Origin: Psammoneis japonica
Lineage: Eukaryota
Assembly: GCA_008632985.1 (NCBI GenBank)
Contig: QPGO01000010.1
Coordinates: forward strand, 62,001 to 126,000
Direction of reading: 5' to 3'
DNA length: 64,000 bases
Position 1 is the first letter of the stretch. The number at the start of each line of letters is the position of its first letter. The notes under the pieces were generated by a model, which saw nothing but the letters and a program-made list of their open reading frames with translations, made no database searches and was not told the DNA's origin. Both the position numbers and the translations under genes were made by a program. Below, one piece after another: positions 25,150 through 36,602 of this stretch.

Positions 25150-27168
25150 CTCAACTCGCTACCATAGGCACCCGTGTTGACGGGCTCGTCTGACGCTTCT
25201 TTTACAGCAGCCATGTTTGCTTGTTCGACGTCAACACCAATAAACTCCAGAACTTGCCTCGTCAAGTTGACCGGTTTCGTCTTAATGTCGTCAAAGTTCA
25301 AAATCAAAATTTGATCCTCCGGAAAATGCTTGTACCACCGTCGCAACGCGAGATCGTAGTTGCTGCGTTCCTGATGAGAAGCGTCGCCTGCCTTTCCGAG
25401 AAAGTACTCGTCGGGATAGTCGGCTGGATCAAAGGTGTCTGTGTTGCCTTTTCGTGTTTGATGACGAAGATTCTTTCTGACATGACTCCAAGCACGAAGC
25501 ACAATGTCTCGAGCTTGAAATATTATCTTTACGTCGGGAAACAAGAGCCGTATTTCAGCGATATCCTCTTCGGTCAAGCTCATGTAATGTGGCGTGATCT
25601 CTCCGTGAAACAATCCTGGTTTATGGCGGTCTGGAAACTGCTTGCTATACCATGCCAAACCTTTGTGACGATTCCAGTCCCAAAAATGAAGCTCCTTCTT
25701 GACGCCAAAGTTGATTTGCGTGGGACACGAGATGAGTAGCATTGAATGCAACCAGCTTGTACCAGCACCTTGTGCACCAATCCCAAGGAACGAAATGTTT
25801 ACGTCTTTTTCATGATAATCAATAGGCAATATTTCGCCACTTGGCGACTTGCTTACGGGATCAGGCTCTTTCACTGTCTCTGCTGTCAAGCTTTTGAAAA
25901 AGGTCTCCCATCGTGGGTCCTCCAGCATTTTGTCGACGTTTACGGAGCAAAATAGTTTTGATTGCCTAGCTTTTCGAAACGTAAATCGAAGGTTCTGCTC
26001 ACCAGAGTTTGAGATGTAAAAGTCAGGCAGCATGTCCCTCTCCATAGCAAGCGACGCGTTTAGTAATTGATCGGCTTGCTCATCTGATAGGCACTCAAGC
26101 GGATAGTCTTTCCGTATTCTGTATTGAAGCGCCTTGATATGCTGTCCCGTTGCATTTACCACGTCGATGCGATGCAAACCTTTCTTAATCCACCCTTTTT
26201 TGTAGGCTGCAATAGAAAGCATGTCGTGGTGAAGATCATTGTCATAGTCAGGAAGACATTTCGTTTCTTCACTGGGCATGCTTGATAGCATTTCGCATGC
26301 TTGGGATGCTTCTGGAATCATGCGACAATAAAAGTTGACTAAGAAGTGCCCAGGCCGATGCCTGTTGAACACTACAAGTTCGGTATTGTTCAAATCTGAG
26401 AGTCGGTGATCCCACTGCTTCAGGAGTGCACGAGGATGAATGGATTTCTTCGACGTGACGCGATCAAATACATGAGGAAAGGATGGGATGTTCTTCCCTC
26501 CTAGACCAGGCCACTCTTCAAGGGTCTTTGATAGTCCATTCATTTGATAATAATTATGCGGTAACCACTCGTGAAGACGACGGTAGGTAAAGACGACCCG
26601 AACCCGCCATTGATGAAACAGTGGTATCAGCGGTTTCCACAGAAAGTCCTCCGCGTCGTCATCCTTTCGGACAGCACCGAACCAATCGTAAGAAATAAAG
26701 ACATTATGATTCAATGCCCGGTGGAGATTCAGAGCTGCCTCCAACTTTTCCCAAGCAAACGTACAGTTGCGTTCAACTTGTCGTCTACACAAACGACTCA
26801 AGTCGCTTAAGTCGGAAGCTGAGTGGAGGGGTGAGTGGCCGAGAAAAAAGATATTGTCATTCTCCAGCATGTCTTCGTGCTCTACAGCAAACTGCTGTAT
26901 TCCGCTGCTATTTGTCTTTTGAGGACCAACATGAATAATCAATAGTGGCAGGCCTGCATCGGTTTTTCGTCTCAACATGATGCTTGCTGGCCGATGCATC
27001 GTTACTCGAACCTTCAGGAATCCGAGAAATGCGGATGGCCCCTTCCGTTTTCCCTCGGGCCCCACCAATGATTTCAAAGTCTATGATGTCCAGGTACCAG
27101 ACAAACCATGTCACCAACGCCACCAGCCAGACAGTCACAATAAAACCGAGAGTAAGCGGTCTTGCCAT
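25014..27168 (-). CDS. Two-domain sulfotransferase-like protein (N-terminal P-loop family domain plus C-terminal heparan-sulfate-sulfotransferase-like domain); one apparent frameshift
   Basis: TM leader MARPLTLGFIV at 27168 joins the 687-aa ORF through a 1-bp indel at the T5 run 26963-26967. Motifs HVGPQKT, FLGIGAQGAGTSWL, KKELHFWD, GEITPHY and RAWSH. Confidence 0.75.
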
Positions 27169-27636
27169 TGCAGTTTTCTCCGAACACAAATCGGCAATAC
27201 TTCTACTTTGCGGCTCTTTTCAAACGTGACAGACAGTAGTCTCTGGTAGCGTGCTCCCTCAAGCTAAAGTAATGCCTTTTAATCTTTTCCTGGTCCTCGT
27301 TGGCAGAGAGGATAGTGCCACATGAACCTCGCCCCCTTCAACATAATTTGCCTCGAATTTTTGGGATTTGTGACGGAATGACCGTCATAGATTATCAAAT
27401 TTTAAGAGCTCTAGCTAGAATTGTCATCTATTATGACCCAATCTTTCATAAAAAACGATAGTGACGTCGTGGAGGTCACAAATCTGTCGCGGGAATGAGG
27501 CTCGCGTTTTCCCTCACAATTTGACCAATGGAATCTGTTTCGCCGCGTGTCGAGTCTCCAGACGTGAGCACTTTGGCAAAATGGGAGAAAATGCAACATT
27601 CCTACTTCAGAATTTTTAAATGATAGTTTGAGGGTG

Positions 27637-28188
27637 ATGCGGAAGGTTGTGTCTCCGCTTAAAGCTCTTTTGATGGGTGCTGCGTCACTTTTTGTAATTA
27701 CCGCAATGCTTCTACTGGTCGGTGGCAAATCACAGACGCGCTTGGTACCGGATGAAAATCGAGTGGATGATATCGGGTGGACGGATGCCCACCTTCTGGC
27801 ATATAATTGGCCAATTGAAGGAACGAGATATTCTCCGCGAGAAGCTGCAGATCTACTGAGGGAAGCCAGTGCCGATTTTCTCTGCAAGAGAAACGACTAC
27901 GGCCAAACAGCATTGCACCTGGCAGTGAGAGAAGACAATACCGACATTGTACAGGTGTATACAAGACGAGCTTTGTGTCTTGATGTTGGAAATATTGACG
28001 GCGACACAGCCTTACATTATGCCGTGGCTTGGAATCGACCCGATGCGGCACGGTTGCTAATTGAATCGGGTGCGAATCCGCTCTTGCCAAACCACAATGG
28101 CGAGACCGCATTGGATTCAGCGGAAAACATTTCATATGGATATGATGCTACAGAAATCACTCAAATTTTATTGAGGGAATGTAGCTGA
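27637..28188 (+). CDS. Ankyrin-repeat protein with an N-terminal signal/anchor
   Basis: GQTALHLAV, GDTALHYAV and GETALDSA ankyrin motifs. Confidence 0.85.
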   Translation: MRKVVSPLKALLMGAASLFVITAMLLLVGGKSQTRLVPDENRVDDIGWTDAHLLAYNWPIEGTRYSPREAADLLREASADFLCKRNDYGQTALHLAVREDNTDIVQVYTRRALCLDVGNIDGDTALHYAVAWNRPDAARLLIESGANPLLPNHNGETALDSAENISYGYDATEITQILLRECS

Positions 28189-28339
28189 TGTTGGAGGATA
28201 GACATTGTGAAGGAAGAAGCCTGTTATTATTCGGCCCTTCCTCTCATGCACCGTCAAGAAAGCATCGGGATCAAAAGAAGAAGAGTGCAAAATGAAACCT
28301 ATTTTGTTGAAAAGGTTTAAATAGCGGCACGCTAACGTG

Positions 28340-29419
28340 TTATTCCCAATAGAAACCAATCTCGCTAATTCCATCGCTGTAGAGCACTTGGAAGAGAATC
28401 TCAGGGAATAGCAAGAGCATCACATTTGACATGACGCCTACAACCACAATAGCTCGTTGTGACTTGAATATCCCTAGCTCTTGAAGGCGCAGTAATAACG
28501 TCCCTGAAATATTGCCAATGAGCGCAACAAGAACGCTGACACCCAAAAACGCTTCTTCGTTGGGATGGAGAGACAATACTCGCTCCCACCACTCTGTGCC
28601 TCGAAACAGCACAGTCCATGTTATGGGAAGAAAGAGACACGCCAAAATATTCAAAATAATGTTTCCAGACAGATAAAGCTGAGCCTGACCCTGATAGTCG
28701 GCATCGGAAGGGAGGAGAGGTCCAGGGTAGTCGCTAGCAGCATTGGAATCTTCGTTGGCCTCGTCCAAGAGCTTCTTTCCATAAGCTGCATAGAATAGGC
28801 CGTACAGAGTGATCCCAGATAAAAGTAAACAAGCTGGAAGAGTCAATGTTTCGACCAGAGATATGAAGGAGTTGCTGGGCACGAGTCGGAGCAAAAGCCA
28901 CGCGAAGGCCAAGTTGAAAACTGCCGAGTACTCGTAAATGGTCTTGTACTCAGCGAGCCGCGGTGCACGAAAATCCCTTGCTGTGTCCCAGTACATTTTT
29001 CCATGCGCCCAAGCTACAGAAAGAGCAGAGACGGAACAAAGGACATAGGATTCGGGCGATACCTGTCCCGTCACTGCTGTACGAAGTGACTCAAAGACCA
29101 GTGGTATCATTGAAAAGACACCCACAATGTCCTCTGGGGACGACCACAACTGCGACATGTTGGAACTATCCCAAGCTTTTCCAGTTGCGATATCATTCCA
29201 CCCCCCAACAAAGCGCTCTATTTCATTCTGGTTTTCATCTTGAGCTGTTTCTGTTGACCGCAATGCAACGCGGGTAAGAGCAGTCGTCGTCACATGTTCA
29301 CTCGAACAACACGGTGAAACGCCTGAGCTAAAAGGAGATATCAGTGCAAATGCAGGTGTCAGAAAGCATAATCCCAGTGGAAGGAGCTGTACTACTAGGT
29401 GCGGGTTCGTTCCTCGCAT
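28340..29419 (-). CDS. Multi-pass membrane protein, probably plastid-targeted
   Basis: 359-aa ORF with a signal peptide, then an S/T-rich transit-like region, then several TM helices. Confidence 0.65.
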   Translation of the reverse strand: MRGTNPHLVVQLLPLGLCFLTPAFALISPFSSGVSPCCSSEHVTTTALTRVALRSTETAQDENQNEIERFVGGWNDIATGKAWDSSNMSQLWSSPEDIVGVFSMIPLVFESLRTAVTGQVSPESYVLCSVSALSVAWAHGKMYWDTARDFRAPRLAEYKTIYEYSAVFNLAFAWLLLRLVPSNSFISLVETLTLPACLLLSGITLYGLFYAAYGKKLLDEANEDSNAASDYPGPLLPSDADYQGQAQLYLSGNIILNILACLFLPITWTVLFRGTEWWERVLSLHPNEEAFLGVSVLVALIGNISGTLLLRLQELGIFKSQRAIVVVGVMSNVMLLLFPEILFQVLYSDGISEIGFYWE

Positions 29420-30329
29420 TTTTCGTCAACGCCATGGTTCAGCATGATGCATGGTGCAAGATGCGTGAAAAAACATATGCTAAGTTTCGCACCCAAACAA
29501 ACCGCCAAGCGAACTCACAAGGATATTTTAACACTGTAATGCGGCAACGAGCATGCCGGCAGCAACGAAAGAAGATCGCGGTCGCTCACAATGACAACCC
29601 GTAACATAACAGACGGTGCGCTACGTCCGCTCTATCTCATGCCAAGCACCACACCATGTTCAACTCTCCGCAGCCGTCTCATTTACCCTGTGGACACAGC
29701 TTTGAGTTGCCGCCTCCTCCTGCTGACGTTCGACCACCTCGTTCTGCAGTTCTGCCAAGCAGCACGATGCTGCTGCTGGGTGATTCAAGATGCGGCTTTG
29801 TTCTTTTCTCCTCCTGCCAGTGCAGGTTGTTGTTTACAATTAATTGCCAGATTTGCAACAGTGCTGATGTTGTGGATTCGACCATCTGACCAAGACGACT
29901 GTGTGTTGGAGTGGTGCTTCGATTTGAGTTGAAAGCCCTCTTGTCTGAGGTTGCGTTGGATGGTGCAGAGCCGAGTTTGATGATCTGTGTTTTGGCCAAG
30001 AGCCCAGAGGTTCTTGGAGCTTGTTGTGAATGGAAAACGGTGTGGACAGCATGCAAAGGCAGTGAAATTTGGGAACAGGATGATCAAGCGGGTCATGCCG
30101 GTCAGGTTCACTGCACGGATGCTGCCATCTGTCATGTTCTCATGCATCAGGGTGTTGTTGGAACCAAGGGTGGCTCATGTGTGTTGGAATTTGTTTGTTG
30201 TTTGGCATCGTGCAGGCGCTCAGTCACACTGGAGACAGTGATGGGATCATCTTGAATCACTCCAACATCAGAGTGCCTGTGTGGCAGCGCCCGTTGCTTG
30301 AGTTCCTGTCAAAACAACTCCCATTGACA

Positions 30330-31960
30330 ATGCATCTGATGCTTCAACTTCTTCTCACTTGACTTTTTCTGCTGCTGTCATCAAGAATGCTGAAGCTGCT
30401 GCTTCTGCTGTGACAAGGTCCAACTGTCTCAAAACAACGATGACTGCTTCTGACTTGAGCGAAACAGAGCTCATGGGCAAACTGCATGGAAAGGCTTTAG
30501 CTTTCATTCCTCCTCACATTGTCAAGAGTGCAGCTGCCAAGGCTGACAAGTCTCAAGCGGCCTGTCACTTGCCTGCTGAGGCACGCTTTGCGGCTCTCAA
30601 GCAGAGTGTGCTGCGCTCTGGATGACGAGATGCAGCAGCACCGGCAAGACCACCATCACCACTGCTTTGAAAGCATGTGTGCAGATTGGATGGTTACAAT
30701 CTTCAAGATGGCCAACCATCACTTGGGTTTTTGGAAGCGGATCGTGCCGAGTCTTTCCAAAGGATGGGAGAAATGGTGACACTCTTTGCCTGTGCCGGCG
30801 TCATTGCTCTGGTTGGCCTCATTTCTCCTTGTTGCTGTGATTGTGATGCTGTCCACAAGCTTCATGAAGATCAGGGCATTCCCTTTACGAAGTGTTCTTG
30901 GACGTGCCCATCAATGAGTTGAAGAAGCGCAACCCAAAGGGTCAGTCTGCCAAGGCAGATTTGGGTGAACTCAAGCACTTCACTTGCATTGATGATCCTT
31001 GTGAAGAATCACTCAACCGGAGATTACCTTGAAGACTCATGAATTGCAGATTGAAGAATCTGCAAACATCTTGTTCCCACAGTTGGAACGTCACGGTGTT
31101 CTTGTTGGACCTCCCAAGACTCCTCCAGGACTTCCCAATCCTGACAGCGACAAGTTGATTGATTTGCACGTGCGCGAGCACTTTCAACTTGCATGCCGAC
31201 TGCATTGGCGAAGCAGAGACTCTTCCCAAACTTTTGATTGCCGATGTTGATTTGAATTGGCTTAAAGTCATTGGAGAAGGTTGGGCCAGTCCACTCAAGG
31301 GTTTCATGTGCGAGGAAATGCTTTTGGAGATGCTTCGCTTTAATTCGATTCTTGTTGATCCGTTCAATCTCGCCAACGATTCCATGAGATTGGAACGCCA
31401 GACTAATTTCTCCAACTTTCAAGAACGCCCTCCTCCGACGAGGGTCAGCGCATCCATTCCCATTGCACTCTCGTGCACTTCCTTCACCAATGATGCCATT
31501 GAAGCATCCGACAAGCGTGCCGTGGCACTCGTGACTCAAATGGGCGAGACAGTGGCCATCTTGAGAGATCCTGAAGTCTGTGTCAAGTCTCAATTAAGAA
31601 ATTGTGTCTCGCATGCACGGTGTTGTTGATCCGGGACATCCTTGCATTCATCACATGTGCGAGGGAGGCAACTGCTTCTTTGGAGGTGAAGTTGAACTGT
31701 TGGACCGCATCCGACATACAACGACGGCCTTTTGACAGGTGGCGCACGACTGCTGCCGAATTGGTTGAGGAATTCTAGAGCAAGGGAGCTGATACGATTT
31801 ACGCTTTGCAAACCCGCAGCCCGACTCACCCGTCGTCCACACAAGCTAACACTTCTTTCTTCGTTTCTTTCTCCGGATCGGGCTGATGTCGAGGAATTAC
31901 ACTGGATGCTTTGGAAAAGGATGGTGTCATTGTCATACCCATCTCATGCTGGTGACACCG
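30330..31960 (+). pseudogene. Decayed APS kinase / ATP sulfurylase fusion (PAPS synthase-like) pseudogene, TpA- and CpG-eroded
   Basis: Fragments in shifting frames: LWMTRCSSTGKTTI, LDGYNL, LFACAGVIALVGLISPC, KHFTCIDDPCEE, PPGLPNPD, DVDLNWLKVIGEGWASPLKGFM, VAILRDPE, GGEVELLDRI and ALQTRSPTH. Confidence 0.85.
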
Positions 31961-33067
31961 TCTGCATTGGGATTCACTGCAGTGGATTAGATTGACGTTT
32001 CGTATCTACCCGAATATGTATCGAAATGGGTACCCGTGGCGCCCCGTGTCCCTGTCGCTGGCTACAGATGACCAACTCTCTGCGTTGCAGGATCTCATAT
32101 AGATTTTGGCCATTAATGGAAATAGAGACTCTTCGGGTGGACGCTACATTCGACGGCTCGAGCTAGCAAAGGGTGGGTGCTGCTGCGGTCGAACTGCAAG
32201 GTGGACACACAGTGTGTCGACCAAGTCCCAACGATAGTTTGTGGAGGAATTGATGAAACTGTGAAAGAGAAACGGGGAGAAGAATGGATGCTGAGCTTGT
32301 CGTGTGTGATGGGAAAACGCAACGCCGCATGCCCCCGCGCCGCTTGTCGTATGTTGGCTTTTGCTCCGTCGTTGGGAATGATCTATTTTGATTTTAGGTT
32401 TCCCAAGATCTTATTGAGCAAACTCATTTGGAACCCGTGTGTCTGTTGTCTTTCCACTTGCAGCAAACCAGACCCCAGGATTGCATGAATGACTATTGTA
32501 TCGATTGGATTTTAACCTCATCACGTAATATCCCCCCCCCCTGCAGTGGCTGGACTCGAGGTGAAAGAATCCAAGATTGCACGACGTTTTGGGTTGGTTG
32601 AGGTAGCGTCCAAAAAAGCAAGTATCGCATCATTGTCGTACCCACTTGCCAGCTGATACAATATCAGGCAGAGCCAAAGGATAAGCTCTATTATCTGGCT
32701 TGATTGAACAAGACGATCGAGCCACAGTACGAGCTTCCATGCCATTATCATGTAGTGCGTGTTGCAGCTATCTCTGGAGTGGAATTAAAGATAAGAGTAG
32801 GAAAATGAAACAACCAATGCAAGAACAAATGCCGGTAGTCAAATAGAACCGACGACTGACTTGTTTCCTTGCAAATAGCTCTTGTTCGTTTCTAACGAGA
32901 AAAAGTGACAACGATACTGTGATGCTGAATACAAGTACGACTACGAAGAAAATGAAAGACACTGTAAAACAAAATAGCCTGTCTTACGCTATAATACCCC
33001 GATGATGCCCCGATTCGTCGCTACTGCTGCCCATTCTTGACGCTATAATGACCCTCGAGAAGTGGAA

Positions 33068-34372
33068 CTATGGCAGAGCATCTTGGTGCGTGGCATTCCT
33101 GTGCATGCTGTCCAGACGAGAACTCTTGGTCTCGCGTCGATTATCCATTTTGACAATGCCCGGATTGTTTGTCAAGAACCACCAAATAAAGTTATCATCG
33201 CTGAGCGGACCTGCCAAGACGTGCGGCCAAAGAGTTGCAGGCACGTCATTGCGACGAAGCAAGTGTCGGCCTGCCTTGTTCATTTTGATGTAGGAATCCA
33301 TTTCAGCACGCATCTCGGTGTTGTACGTCATAAAATGCATTTCTTGAATAGAGTATGATGCTTCGCCAATGTCCTTGGGTGTGGTTGCAAATGACACGCA
33401 AGAAACCAAGTGGAGACGACGAAGACTCGGCAGCTCAAGAATTTCCTTCGGAATTGACGTCAGCTTCCTACAAGAACACAGTCTCAAGTTCTCCAACTTT
33501 CTGAGCAATCCCATCTCGGGAGGCAACTCAATAAGTTCGTGACATTCCACTAGAGTTAAACTCTTCAGATTGACCAAATCGCTCACAGCGAGTTGAAAGA
33601 GGACGTCGGGGGAGCAGTTTTCAAGTCCAAGTTTTTCCAGCTGTGACAGCTTCCCAATCTCAACTGGAATATTCACATGGCTACCAATGAGATGGAGTTC
33701 CGCAAGCTGATGTAACTGTCCGATTTTAGGGGACAACTGAGTGACGCCGCAATCACTCAAATCCAGCTCTGCCAAGTTTGTCAACTGCCACACCTGTTCT
33801 GGCAACTGTTCGAGACTGATGCATCCGCCAAGCCAAAGCCTTTTCAGTTGCTTCAATTGCCCAATTCCCGCGGGCAACTCTTCGAGACTTCTGCACTCCA
33901 AAAGGTCAAGGTGTCTAAGTTGCTTCAATTGCCCAATTCCCTCGGGCAAACTTTCGATAGCACTGCAACTGGCCAAGCTCAGCTTCTTCAACGTTTTCAA
34001 TTGGCACACTTCATCGGGCAACGTAACGACACTTTGGCATCTAAATAAATCCAAAACTTGAAGTTGCTGCAGCTGTTCGATTTCACGAGGGATCCGCTCC
34101 AAATGCATGCAACTCTCCACTGTCAATCTGACAAGTTGATGCAACAAGCCAATTTCGCGCGGAAGCTCAATCAAATCATCTACATCGCACAAACGCAATT
34201 TTTTGGCATTGACGCAGTTTTTAGACACCCTGATTGACGGCCCAATCAATTCTGACATCCCCGCAGCTCGTGCAAATGCAGCGCGGATTCGGTCAGAAGG
34301 ATCGTCGTGGTCCATTGTTTTTTTTTTCTTGTTCCCTTGAAAATGTGTTGTGAGAGCAAGGTATTCGCTCAA
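33068..34372 (-). CDS. Leucine-rich repeat protein
   Basis: About ten LPxxIGxLxxLxxLxLxxC repeats and a C-terminal NKAGRHLL...LWPHVL motif. Confidence 0.85.
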   Translation of the reverse strand: MSEYLALTTHFQGNKKKKTMDHDDPSDRIRAAFARAAGMSELIGPSIRVSKNCVNAKKLRLCDVDDLIELPREIGLLHQLVRLTVESCMHLERIPREIEQLQQLQVLDLFRCQSVVTLPDEVCQLKTLKKLSLASCSAIESLPEGIGQLKQLRHLDLLECRSLEELPAGIGQLKQLKRLWLGGCISLEQLPEQVWQLTNLAELDLSDCGVTQLSPKIGQLHQLAELHLIGSHVNIPVEIGKLSQLEKLGLENCSPDVLFQLAVSDLVNLKSLTLVECHELIELPPEMGLLRKLENLRLCSCRKLTSIPKEILELPSLRRLHLVSCVSFATTPKDIGEASYSIQEMHFMTYNTEMRAEMDSYIKMNKAGRHLLRRNDVPATLWPHVLAGPLSDDNFIWWFLTNNPGIVKMDNRRETKSSRLDSMHRNATHQDALP

Positions 34373-35093
34373 AGTGAGCGTTTGATAAAAGAAAAGTTGA
34401 CGATTGATGACTTGACGACTTCAAACCATCGTCTTGATCATGGACGCTGGATACCGTTGCGGCGCTTCCAGCTTATGGTACAGCTTGATCGATCGCGATC
34501 GATCTGTCGCGCGCGCTGTCGCGCGCGATCATGTGAGTGCTTGTCTGTCCATCGTGCGTCTCCTGTGCTTAGACGCGGTGCAGAGCGAGATCAGAGATCT
34601 GACATGGTGCCTGGTATTTTAGCAGCAAGATTGGAGATTGGAGAAGCCATTGTGTCTCTCTGTCTTCATCTTGAGCATCTCCAGGGTTGTTCCTTGCTGT
34701 GACAAACACAAAGAACAACCAGTGAGATGAAAGTTGTGATGGTGGGGTCGTCTTCTTCGGCGCCGCTCATGATTTTTTGCCTGCTCCCCAGAGCAGCAAA
34801 AAAACTCGACAGAAACAGAGACAGCCAGCAAGAAGTGTTGAGCCAACCACCAGCCCATGCACCAACTGGCTCCTCTTGTTGCCAATTGCAGCATGACGCT
34901 GCCACCCTTTTCACCACACCCTGCGCGGCCGAACAGCAGCTGTGTGCCAATGTTTCATTTGACAACCCTGGGGGCAACAAACAACGACAATCATGCAGCC
35001 ATGCAATTGGCCATCAAATGTTCCAGACAACACTTGCAAGTGCATTGTGATGTCCCAACACACATTGTTGACTTGCAGCCATGCTTGAGTCCT

Positions 35094-35488
35094 GACGCGT
35101 TCCAGACGCAGGTGGGAATCCGTGTGACATTGGGCCCGTAGACTTCTACGTGCGAGCTCCGTAGTAAAATTATACGGTAATTAAATTGTCAATGATCGCC
35201 AACAGAAAATGAGGCAATTTTGCGAACGCACAAACTCGCCCATGATTGAAGTACATCATTTTTTACTTAGCCAGTTACATTCTTCAGACATTGAAGAATG
35301 TAACTGGCGCATTGTTGTTTCTATAAATTCGTTATATAAAACGTCTGGGGCTTCGCAAAACAGCGAGTCTGGACAATTTTTTTAAATGTCACACGTAGAA
35401 AGCTACGTGCGAAACATACGATGGATGATAAAAATTATTTGTGTCACACGTCAGTACTACGAGCTCCCACCTAGGGCTGGAACGCGTC
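35094..35488. mobile_element. MITE-like element (395 bp) with TIR gacgcgttccag..aggtggga and a 4-bp TSD (tcct)
   Basis: tcct|gacgcgttccag ... ctggaacgcgtc|tcct, with a central 17-bp perfect inverted repeat at 35270-35308. Confidence 0.85.
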
Positions 35489-36208
35489 TCCTTTGGCAAT
35501 GACGGCGATTCATCTGGACAAGAACACACGCGTGTGCAGAGTTGTGTCAAGACGTGGCTAAAAACACCATGGCAGTGTCACCCATCACTCACACTCTGGC
35601 CTTGCACCATGCTGCCAATTTGTTGCTGTTGCAGAAAAATGACAGGCAACAAGCGCAAGAACTCTTGGTCGAGTGCTGTGCACTCAACGAGAGGACAATG
35701 ACAATGTCGACATGTCATCTCAGAATGAGGCTGTTTTTAAAACTCTGGTCAAATTGCTCTTGTCTTGTGCTGATGTGGATCATCCATCACAACAGTCTTG
35801 TTGAATCCAGCCTTAGAATTGTGTTGGAAATGCCTGGTGTTGTGTCCCAAGGAACCCATTGTCAACAAATGCATGGGCGTTGTCCTGGGGAGAAGAAACC
35901 AGCAAGTGTCTCTGCTCAGTGCCAACGATGAAATGACAATGAGCGCCACTGTGAGTGTGTTCAACTCACATCAACAAGCCACTTTCAAATCACACAATGG
36001 AGCACATCAGCGCCACTGGCCATCTTTTTCCCACTTGAACAATGCCAGAGACCAAAAGCTCTTCTCTGGAGCTGGCGCACCTCCTGCGACCCAAATGCTT
36101 CCTCCCCCCACACCAACTCAACACATCTCCTGAAGTCCTGAAGTGGCCAATTTGTGTGCAGCACTGGGATCATCAGGAGCAAGTGGAGGATCAGTGTCAT
36201 CAACAAAG

Positions 36209-36602
36209 GACGGGTTCCAGTCCCAGGTGGGACTTTTTGTGACATTTGCCCCGTAGAATTCTACGTGCGAGCTCTGTAGTTCGTACTCTGGTTAATGGAT
36301 ATATTTATCTTCGACATAAAAAAAACGGCCAAGTTTGTAGTACATCTGTCCCTGTCCGTACTCGAAGTTTTGGATAACACGCCTGCCCTACGCCATTCTT
36401 AAGACACTCGAGAATGGCGTAGAAGAAAAAAATATTAAAAATTGTTCAATGCATCGCCTGATAATTGTACTATAAAATCATACAAAATTTCGCCGAAATC
36501 AAGTAGAAATGTACGTGCGCGACATACGACGCGATTCAAAAAACTATCGATGTCACAGTTCAGCACGGTAGTACGAGGTCCCACCTAGACCTGGAACGCG
36601 TC
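36209..36602. mobile_element. MITE-like element (394 bp), same family, with a 4-bp TSD (aaag)
   Basis: aaag|gacgggttccag ... ctggaacgcgtc|aaag, with a central 12-bp inverted repeat at 36388-36422. Confidence 0.85.

Noticed and set aside
32521..32962. Two hydrophobic minus-strand ORFs that might be exons of a membrane protein
   Set aside because: No convincing start, splice structure or recognisable family.
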